Both the position numbers and the translations under genes were made by a program. From Lama guanicoe (Eukaryota), in the NCBI GenBank assembly GCA_013239625.1, contig MU054212.1, positions 7,228,270 to 7,292,269 of the forward strand: a stretch of 64,000 nucleotides of DNA, read 5' to 3'. Below are positions 53,798-64,000 of this stretch, piece by piece (within the stretch, counting starts at the first letter, position 1; each line of letters starts with the position of its first letter). The notes beneath the pieces were generated by a model. It was not told the origin of the DNA. It saw only the letters and a program-made list of their open reading frames with translations, and did no database searches.

Positions 53798-54894
53798 CTA
53801 GATGAATCAGATGCACAGCCTTTGAAAGTAGTGTGATAAGTTCTAAAACCAGAAGTGTGCCATTGACGTGTGAATTCAGAGGTGATAATCAATCTTAGAA
53901 TAGATGTTTCATTTATTTTTCTCGCCTAAGGTAATTTTGTATCAAATCTTTACAGATTTGATTTCAGTAATTGATGTCTCAGTGCTACAGTTTTGATTGT
54001 TTAAATCTGATGTCTTGGACATAGAGATAAATGGTGAGTGTAAGAAAGAATGGGTGCATTCATGGAGGGGTGAGGAAGTGCTTCAGGTGTTTCCCCATTT
54101 TCTTTAATCTCCTCTTGGGATTGTTTCCAGAATGTTGCTTTTTGTGTTCGTGTTCTCATTTATTCATCTGATGTTTTATCTATTCAGAGATTCCATTGAA
54201 AGGAAAAGAAGGAAGCTAGAAGAAATCTGTTAAATGGGATTGAATAAGCTCTTATTGATGCTCAGATATTATTTGATATGTTTAATAGCTTAAAGATAGT
54301 TATTATATTGATATAGTTCAATATATCAATATACATTTGATTCTTAAGAAATAATAAATATTTTTGCCCTCTGGATATCTTAAAATACATAAGCATACAT
54401 AATGTTGCAAAAGACAAAATAACTGTATAGTAATAATAAAGCTAATATTTATTGTGTTTTTAGCATCAATTAAGAGTATTTCATTGGGGCAGAAAAAGTA
54501 TCGAAATACCACCTCACCAACTTTACACAAATCCGTTTCAAAAGATATGCTGCAGTTATTTTAACTGAAAAAACTTTCTTTACACCAAATGTGTTTGACA
54601 ATTTTATTTAAATTTAATAATGTGGTCAATGAACCACTATAAGTCTTTAATTTCTATAAAAGAAACCATATTCAGCAGCAAAATCAAGTTTTCACTCTGT
54701 TTTTAAACATATGCCAACCTACAGATAATTGCAGAAAATGTTAAACCTGCTTTATTTTAAGCCAGCCCCTGAATTTACCTTGGCGTTTTCTGGTTTGTCA
54801 ATGCTAGGTTTTTCTCAGCTGCTATATTTATCTTGCTGTTCTGTAGATCAGCTATTTCTTAAAATGGAGTAATGGAAGGAGAACATAATTACTT

Positions 54895-57800
54895 TACTTT
54901 TATGTAAATGTTTTATTGAAGCATACCATGCAGACAGATAAGTGTCCATCTGATATTTGTGTAGTTTTATGAATTTTTGAAAAGGGAACGCATCCTTAAA
55001 ATGGCATACAGATTTTTAGAAAAAGCATTTCAGAACTCTGCATTGCCCGCTTTGAGGCAAACATTCAGAGGAACCCACTATCCTGACTTTGTTACCATCA
55101 GCTGATTTTATCTGTTTCTGAACTTTATGTAAATGAAGTCCTTCAGTGTGTACTCCATTTTTTTAAGCTAAACATTGTGTTTGTGATATTCATACATTTT
55201 GTGGTGTGTGACAGTAGTCAGTTTATCCTCGTTGCTGTGTGGTATTCCACTGAGTGATTTCATCATGATTTCCTTATTGATTCTCCTCCTGGACATTTGG
55301 GTTTTCAGTTTGGGCTATTTTGGGTGGTACCACTCTGAACACTTTTGTATCTATGGTTTTTGGTTTGCCTAAGGACAGAAATCCTTGGAGTGTGTGTCTA
55401 TGGGTCTAACTGCTGGATCATAGACTTCGCATACATTCAGCCTTTTAAAGTAGTCTTAACAGCTTCCCAAAGTGGTTACCCCTATTCTGCCAGGAGTATG
55501 TGGACATTCAGGCTATTTCACATCCTTACCAGGACTGGAAATTGTCAATGCTTATAATTTTATATTGTAGTTTTAATTTGCATCTCTGTGATGTGTGATG
55601 AGGTTGAGCAATATTTTGTGTTTGTGTATTTGGATATCCCCTTTGGTGCATTACCAGCTCAAAGCCTTGAATCCACTTTAGTTGTCTTTTCCTCCTTGAT
55701 TTGTGACAGTTCTTGCTGGTTTCTTCTCTCACATTGTGGCTTGTCCTTTGATTCTCTAAGTGGTGTTGTTTGATGAAAAGAAGCTCTTAATTTTAATGCA
55801 CCCCAATTTTTTGATTTTTATTACTATGGTAAGCCTTTTGTGTGATGACGAGAAACATCCTTATGTTTGATACCTTTAGATTCAGATCTACAAATCACCT
55901 GGGGCTGAATATGAGTGTGGTATGAGATACAGGTTGTTTGATTTGTTTAAATGATATCCATTTTGCCAAAGGTTGTTTACTAAGAAGGCATTTTTCTCCC
56001 ATTGCACTGTAATGCCACCTTTGTCAAACACAAGTGACCAGATATGTTTGCTTCTGTTCTAGAACTATTCTTTAATGTTGGTCTTTATGTCTATTCTTTT
56101 CCCCAGATCATCTTAATTAGATTTTTGGTAGCTTAATATCTGATAGAGGTTGTCCACCAACTTTTTTTTTTACCTTGCCTACCAGAGGCCCTTTGTATTT
56201 TCATAGAAATTTTGAAATAGTAATATCAATTTTCATAAAAGTACATGGATTTTGATTAGGGAATGCATCTAATATATAGATGAATTTAGAGAAGAATTGA
56301 AGCTTTTAGCACATTGAATCTTCTAATCAGTGAATAATAGCTTGTCTTTCCATTGATTTAGGCCTTTTCTAACTTCTCTCAATAATGTTTGATAGTTTCC
56401 TTAGGAAAGATCCTGTATGTCTTTCAATAGATTTGTTCCTCCATATCTGCAGATTTTTCACTGTAAATTTTTGTATGTCGATTTTTCCTAGTGAATATAT
56501 TGTCACTTAGTGCTCTGAAGTATATAGTTTCTTTTGGATTCTCTGAATATACAATTGTATTTTCTATACTAATTACAGTTTTATTTATTCTTTTTAAATT
56601 CTTTGTTTTGTCATTTTACTGGATAATATCTTCAGTATAGTGTTGAATAGAAATGGTGTTAGCTGCCATCAGTCTCAGGGATAAAGATTTCATGGTTTTA
56701 CCTTTATGCAAGAAGCTTAATGCAGATTTTTTTTAATAGAAAATTTTTTCATTGTATTAAGGAAGTCTCATTCTTTTCCTAGTTTTCTGAGTTTTAATCA
56801 CAAATGATATTTTCTGTGTCTTTTAAGATGATTTTTCCTTTATTATATTACTGTAATAAATAACAAATTGCTTTTCAGATTTTAAACAAACTTTGTATTC
56901 CTAGAATAAACAAAATGCAATTTGCTAATATTGTGCTTAGGATGTTTACATTTATGATTGAGGGGGAATTTGGTTTGTAATAATTCCTTTCTGGTAATGT
57001 CTTTGTCAGGTTTTGCTAATAAAAGTACTACTGGCCTTTTAAAATTATTTAGTAAATACCCTATTTGATGGGAAAATTTGTATAGGATTTTTTTTTAATG
57101 TTAGGAAAAATTCCCTTATGAAGTTATGTAAGCTTGGAGATCTCTTTGTGGGAAATTTTGAATTACAGATTCAGTTTTTTGTAGATGTAGAATCTCTCTT
57201 AAATTCAGTTTTTGAAAATTGCATTTTTTTGAGAATTAAAAAATGTTAACAGTTCTATTGAAGTATAATTGACATAAACTGCACATATTGAATATGTACA
57301 GATTGATAAATTTTGACATATTCATCCATGAAACCACTACCACAATTAAGATAATGGGCATATTTGTCATCCCCAAAGAATCTCCTCATGCCTTACTGAC
57401 ATCTACCTTGGTAAAGTCTTCCAATCTATAAAACATTGTATACCCCACTCCCATTTACTTAAATATTCTTTAATTTTTAAAATGTTTTGTAGTCTTCAGT
57501 GTACAGCAGGGTTTGTTAACCTCAGCACTAATGATATGCTGAATTGGATCATCTTCTCTTGGGGGAGAGGGGAGGGGGTTGGCTTGGGGAGGGCGGTCCT
57601 GCACACTGTAGGATGTTTGACAGCATATAGGTGTCTACCCACCAGGTGTCAGTAGGATCCCATACCTCTGGTCCTAACAATTAAAAATATTCTCTAAATA
57701 CTGCTAAATGTCCCTTGGGGGACAAATCTCCCAAGGCTAAGAGCTGGAGAAACAGTGGTATAGAGAGTCTGTCTCACACATCTTTCATTTGGATTTATTT

Positions 57801-57950
57801 GTTCTGAAGTATTGCTCATGCTATTATATCTTTCTAAAATTTCATTTTCTATTTGGTGCTGGCATCTAGCGATGAAATTTATTTCTATGGATTGTGATCT
57901 AACAATTTTGCTAAATATATCTGTTAATGCTAATAATTTTTATAGATTTA
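54895..57950 (-). mobile_element. Old L1M (L1ME-like) fragments with 3' ends at ~54910 and ~57255
   Basis: L1 3' ends ttttattgaagcatac and tattgaagtataattgacat. Antisense ORF2 phrases ttttaatttgcatctctgtgatg and gtatagtgttgaatagaaatggtg. Confidence 0.85.
57507..57757 (-). mobile_element. MER20 hAT-Charlie MITE nested in L1
   Basis: cagggtttgttaacctcagcact...tgtaggatgtttgacagcat...ctgctaaatgtcccttgggggacaaatc...gagaaacagtg. Degenerate 8-bp TSD gtgtacag/gtatagag. Confidence 0.9.
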
Positions 57951-57974
57951 GGGGAAAAACATCATCTAGCACTT

Positions 57975-58772
57975 AAAAAATATGATATAAAAATGGCCAA
58001 TAAACACACACAAAGATCCTCAGCTTCATTAGTCATGAAGTAAACACATGAAACCATGATGAAATACCACTACACACCCAGGAAGATGGCATCATAAGCA
58101 AACAAACATGAAAATTAAAAATACATGTATATAGACAATAGCAAATGTTGGTGAGGAAGTGAAGTGCATAGAACTCTTGCTTTGATGAGAGTGTACGTCT
58201 GCATTTAACAAAATAGTCTGACAGTGTTTATTGTTGACCCAGCATTTAAAGTTGACCCAGCATTTAAATTCCCATTTTTATACCCAGTGGAATCATATAT
58301 GTTTACCAAAAAACATGAACAAAAATGTTTTTGGCCATATTGTTTCAAGAGCTAGAAAGATTCAGAACCTAGAGAACTCCTGAGATACCCATGAACAGCA
58401 GAATGGATAAATGGCTGTGTAGCATTCCAGCGTTTGAATTTACCACGATGAGAATGGATGAGCTATCTCTACTTAAAACAGTATAGATGAATCTCACAAG
58501 CATGCTGAGCATACATGCCCGATACAAAAGTATATGTACTGTGTCATCAATCTCCATAAAGGTCAGAACAAATGTAGCTAATCTGCGATGTTGTATTATC
58601 CATGCGGATTAGTACCTGGAAGGTAGCACTTCTGAGCACTATTACTATTCTGTTTCTTAAACTGGGTGCTGATAACATGAAAGTGTTCAGTTTGAGAAAA
58701 TGGATCAAGCTATATGCTTGTCATTTATTCAATTTCTCTGTATGTTACACTTCAATAAAAAGTTGTAAAAAA
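57975..58772 (+). mobile_element. Old L1M 3' end in sense orientation
   Basis: aaatggccaataaacac...aaataccactacacaccca...gaatggataaat...atgaatctcaca...tgttacacttcaataaaaag. Confidence 0.85.
58233..58268. repeat. Perfect 18-nt tandem duplication
   Basis: (gttgacccagcatttaaa)x2. Confidence 0.95.
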
Positions 58773-61700
58773 TTTTTTAAAACACTTACTTTTCTTTCCA
58801 TAATTTGCATCTGTAATATCTGTAATAGCCAGTCTGTTCGATCACACGTGTGATGAGAATTCTCTTGCTCTGTCATCTCACCGCCACTCCCTGGTCACCT
58901 CCACTCCCACCACCCACTACCCCTTGCTGCAGTGTCATGAGGTCGGCAGGTGTGTCTTAAGAGCTGAGTCATGGCTTTTGATCTGGACAGAGTGTGTTAT
59001 TTGTCCCCTTCTTGTTATACCTTGTTTCATTGGTAACTCAGTAACATCCGCTAGGAAAATGTAATTAGCATTAGTTTCAGATTAAAAAATTGGGTCCACA
59101 TGGGTCCACAATTGGAATGTCTTGACTCGAGAGAGTTGTTCATAATTAACTTGGAGAGGGATGCCTGTGAGCTTCTGAATATATATTCAAAGACCCAAAA
59201 AGTAGACTCTCCCTCTTTATCTTATTAAGGACATATACCTCTGTTATCTTTTTAAATAGTATTGATTCCAACCAATATAAATTCTCCTTGAATTTTTGAT
59301 TAAATATCTTATTTTTGGTTGAATACCTTGATTTAAATATCGAATTTAGAATTTTCATTTAAATAGCTATAGATGTATTGGTGAAAATTTTAATAACATT
59401 TTTTCTTTTTTTTATTGAAACATGAGAGGTTTATGCATCAAATTATTGCCTTTAAACATATAATGAAATGTATAGGTTTTCAATTTACCTGACCATATGA
59501 TACTTTTGATTCTATTTTTTAATTGAATATTTAGGAAGTTTTGTTTGGTTGATTGTTTTTAGAAAAAAAATTATCAAGCCTTTATTTTATAAAATGTTTA
59601 TAAAAATTTATGGTAAAATAAATGTATTTACAAAAGTCTTATGCATATCATTGCCTTATTTTCTCTAATATTGTTCTAACATGTTCTTTTTTCATTTTTC
59701 CAGATTTATTGTTTCATTTAGATTTTCTATTTTGTTTCCTATATTTTAGCCCACGAGAGCATTTTTGTCATCTAATTTTAGAATCAATTTTAAAATCAAT
59801 GTAGATATCATGGTTTTTCTTGATTCCTAAATTAACTAAATTCCATCTAATTTTGTAAACTGATGTTTGGATTTATTTTATTGCCGTAATTTCTCTATTC
59901 CTTTTTGGGAAATTGATTTTTTTTTAAAATTTCTAATTTCTAATGGCATTCACATTCGCTCCTTTTTTTTTTGTCCTTGTATGCAAATTAGGTGAATATT
60001 CTTTCCATTTAATTTTTTGATACGATTTTATGCCATATGCCTCAAACTGGCTTTCAAAATATACATGATTTTCTGTCAAAATTTAGCTTGGCTCCCCTGC
60101 CCTAACTGTGTGTAATATTTATCTAACTGCACTTGGCTCCTGCTTACGAGGTAAGAGCCATATCATGGACTATCTGAACTCCCGAATGACTGATTGTTCA
60201 CTTGTCACTATGTGGTTATTATTTAATTAGATGGAAACATTTTTCAGTTATTACGATAATGAATTGTGTCACTGGTAACTGATTTTTAAACAGCTTGAAA
60301 TTTTAAAAGCCATTCCTCCTTTTTATCATTTGAATAAAATGTGGTGGTTGACTTGATTGTTTGCATGTAGGTCATATGTGTCCCGTGGGTGAGAGCATAT
60401 GGTGTGATTAGATCACTCTGTGTTTGGGTCGGGATGGGGAGGGTCTGTGGTTATCCCTTGCAGAAGCTGTACTGCATTTTTATGGTATTGCTTCCCTAAA
60501 AATTCCTCTCCAGGCTCCCATAGTCTCACAGTTTTGGTCTAGTCACTTGTATATTGTTCAGCAATACAGAACCTCTGTCAAAAAGATTAAAATTCTATCC
60601 ATCCCTGTAGTTGCTGGAAAAACAGTGGTACAGTCATAAAATACGCAGTCTTTGTTTTCTTACATTTTCACACTGTATGAAGTTAATTAGTTTCACATAC
60701 TCCTGCAGTTTCTTGTTTATGGACATTAGAGTATTCTTTAGGCATTATTATTTGCTTGCTAAGATGAGACACAGAATTTAAGGGAAATTAGATCATGTTG
60801 CTTTGGAAAAATTTGAGAACTGTCATTGCCTCTACGGTTGCTATAATATTTCTGAAATTCTCATTTTCCTTCTTAAAGTGTATTTGTTCACAGTGGTTAA
60901 TCATAAGGTATGGTTTGAGCTCTTTGTTTTCCGTTTCATATGCTTATTGCAAGATGTTCGCTTTAGTAATTCACCCTTTATTAATGAGAGAAAGAGAATG
61001 TGGATGATAAGATAGTGATTTCTTTCATTTCAAGAAGAGTTGTGTATTACTAGTTTTAAAGTTTAAATCATTGTTGCTCCTGGTATTTACACTGACACAC
61101 CTAAGCAAGCTTGACGTTAAGATTATTTGCTTGTGGAAAAATTTTAGATTATTGGGCAAAGAGCCAGTCATTGAATGTACTTTCATATTTCAGAATGCTT
61201 TCCTTTTTCACCTGTCGATTGCAATGCCAGGTGACAAATGAGTTTTCCTGTGACTTCTCCACAAGAAATGCTCATCTGATGTGTTTTCTAAGCTAGTTTT
61301 CCTAGGAGGCATCTGAGCTCCCCAAACAACTACAGATTTTTTGGTTCAGAGCATCAAGAAATGCTTCAGGGGTCTAAGAAATTCCTATAATTGTGTGCAT
61401 TATTTTACATTTGTATGTGTTTGTGTGGGTGTGCACCTGCATGCTTTTGTCTGTTTATTTATTTCCAGGCTGTGTTAGTCAAGGTAGAGGCTATGTTACT
61501 GTATCGGAGAGTTCCAGAAAAGGGCAGTGTAAACAGAATGGCAGATTTTCGCTCTCACACAAGTAGAGAGTTGGCCCATGGGGTTTGTCCAGTTCTGCCC
61601 GGGAGAGTGGCTTGTTCCCAGTGGTCTAAGCCAGCACATCTGTGTTCTAGCTCAAGGATTGTGGAGGGCAAGCTTACAGAAGTGACATACAAGATACACA

Positions 61701-62724
61701 TGTTGTCTTTGATCATGTTCCCTTGTTGAGAATTTAGTCCCCTGGCTATTTCTAACTGCAGGAGTCCAGGAGATGTCATCTCTAATGCTGCTCAGACTCA
61801 GAGGAGGTGTTTATAACTTTGCAGTGATGTAAGGACAGAATGGATGCTGGGAGATGAGCAGCCTGCCACGGAGTTTTGATCCATAATTTCATCCATAGGT
61901 TTCATCAAATACGGAAAAGGCATTGTGAACGCAAAATGTTTAAAACCATCGATGTAAAGTTCTAAGAAGCAATGACCCTGTTTTAAAATGCATATTTTGT
62001 AAAGCCCTCTTACAGTCTTAAAAATCATAGAAAAGATAACTTTCCTACACATGTATTTTTAAGTCTATAAATTATATATTGTAATTACAATGTACAGAAG
62101 GAATAGACAGAAATTATTATCACTAATAAATCATTACATGTTCCAATATGTAAATGGTCAGGCATGAGCATCTGGGAAGGTGTGCTGGGGAGCAGAATAA
62201 TGCTTACGTTTAGAATGACTGTGATTGCCATGGCTGCAGTTGGAGACTGATACTCAGTAGGCTGTCAGTGGAAGTTTGGAGTTAACTTCAGTGATACAAT
62301 TTTCCATGAACAACTTTCATGAAAGTCCTGAACACAGCAAGTTGCAGGATTCTCTCTAGGTACATGTTAAGTGCTTTCCTAGAAAGGAAACTCAATAGAT
62401 ATCAAAACCCATGCCAAAAAAAAAAAATGGTGCTGTAGTCTAGCCGTGGACCATCATAGAGGGTACCTTCCTTGCACACATGTCCTTTGAGTCATTTGTA
62501 AGGCCTGTGGGGTGCAGGGCGCTTCTGCTTGTGTGACTCTGTGCCCATTGCTGAGCCTCTGAATCTTTCTACTCTGCCTTCTAAAGGCCAGGAATGTCCT
62601 CAGAAATGTGAACACCCCCCCCCAACGTACACACTTCAAGTGGCATATCTTGTTTTCAGAAAGCTTTTCCCCTAGACATCATCCTTGTCTCTCACTCACT
62701 CAGTTCTTCAGTGGTAGCACTCTG

Positions 62725-62768
62725 CACACACACACATACACACACACACGCACTCTCTCTCTCTCTCT
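62725..62768. repeat. Compound (CA)n(CT)n microsatellite
   Basis: Read directly from the sequence. Confidence 0.9.
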
Positions 62769-62999
62769 TGTCCTTTGTATCTCATCAGTGTCGGTTCACA
62801 TGGTTTAAGACAGCCACCTTTAAGGATTCAGACTGCCTTCAGAGCAGGTGACCACAAGCTCGAGGAACCACGCCACTCATTAAGCTTGTCAGCACCTACT
62901 TCCTTCCTTTGTTTTACCCTGTTTTCACTAACAGGCACTTCTTTGGACTTGATCTTAGAGATCACTGTCATTTTTTCCCACTTCTCTTTCCCTATGTCA

Positions 63000-63130
63000 T
63001 AGAACATTGGGTCTGGAAGAAACATTAGAGATCTTGTATTTTAATCACTTCATTTTACAGACCTTGTAAATGAGTTTCATATGGTTACAGTAACTTGCCT
63101 AAGGACATATGGTTAGTTCTAACTCTAAAA
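63000..63130 (-). mobile_element. MIR fragment
   Basis: ttagagatc...cttcattttacaga...gtaacttgcctaaggacatatggttagtt. Confidence 0.65.
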
Positions 63131-64000
63131 CAAGCCAATTATTGCTCCCATATTTCCTTTGAGAAGCAAGCATCCTTTTTATTCTGTCCAAGTTTTCCCT
63201 AAGTCAGCTTTAGACCACAGTTCATTTCCTGAGTTGGTGATATTCTCTAGAACCATGGTGTCTCTCCGCCACCCCTCCCTCCAGCCTCTGCCATCCTCCT
63301 CATCCTGGTCCTTCTTTCTGTGTGGCTCATGGTGAACTTATACCAGAAGAACCCATGTCCGCTCTGCTCTATTTCTCTTTGCTTAAATTTGCTTATTTAT
63401 GTTGAATTCATTTCTTGGTAGGAACCTTTTCAAGCCCCTTTCCCATTTTGTGGTGACTAGTTTAGTTGAAATTGGTAAAGTCACCTGGAATCAAGTTGCG
63501 TGCACAGCTTGAAGTACAGTGAGCTTGAGTGAGGGTGAAGGGCTCTTCCATTTGGCAGGAGGCCCCTCTCTCCCTTCCCTCAGCACACCCCGAGCAGTCG
63601 GTGACTCAGGACGATGGACACGAAGGTCAAGTGAGGTCTCAGTGTTTTACTTTATTTCATGTTACTCCTGCTTCCCAATGAAGCAGTTCACGGTGCCCAT
63701 CCTCTGGGACTGAATACAAACACGGGAAGTCACACAGACTTCATTTTTTTTTTAAGACAGTAATTGGTTTACATGTACAGACAGCATTTGAATAATGTTT
63801 CAATGGCAGTTTTGTAAGAATGACAAGGACGTGGTTCACAAAGGCCATTTTTTTCATTCTGGCCTTTGACGACAGGTGGATAGTTCGTTGAACTGGAATT
63901 TTAAAGATGTGTCAATTAAGAGATGGAGTAATAAAGGAGAGCCTGGCTCTGTAATTCTCTGGTGCTCTGACGTGCTGGACTTCAGCTACTGTAAGGCACC

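Noticed and set aside
57410..58772. Twin-priming L1 inversion (minus fragment abutting a plus 3' end)
   Set aside because: The two pieces do not appear contiguous in L1 coordinates and I found no enclosing TSD. Separate old insertions are the simpler explanation.

Overview
Mammalian, AT-rich genomic DNA from the interior of ASXL3 (Additional sex combs-like 3), transcribed on the + strand. Six internal coding exons are present with canonical AG/GT boundaries and compatible phases: 2326-2434, 3678-3786, 18849-18970, 28117-28234, 29196-29315 and 39369-39532. As I recall the human gene these are exons 3-8, covering the end of the ASXN/HARE-HTH domain to the start of the ASXH/DEUBAD domain. The start codon, exon 9 onward and the 3' end lie outside the window. 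The rest is intron filled with interspersed repeats: L2, MIR, old L1M, MER20, MER58, Tigger1, young L1 3' ends and a tRNA-derived SINE resembling the camelid vic-1 family, which suggests camel or alpaca (inference). Most ORF-track entries are chance ORFs or repeat remnants. I found no supportable novel multi-component system. The best second-look items are small: an old ~290-bp local duplication inserted into an L1 5'UTR, a symmetrically mutated perfect palindrome in MER58, an equal-length 28-nt replaced block in a young L1, a UG-repeat hairpin with a decoy acceptor before exon 8, and several candidate cryptic or poison splice sites. Repeat family names come from recalled consensus sequences, not a database search, and boundaries of old repeats are approximate.
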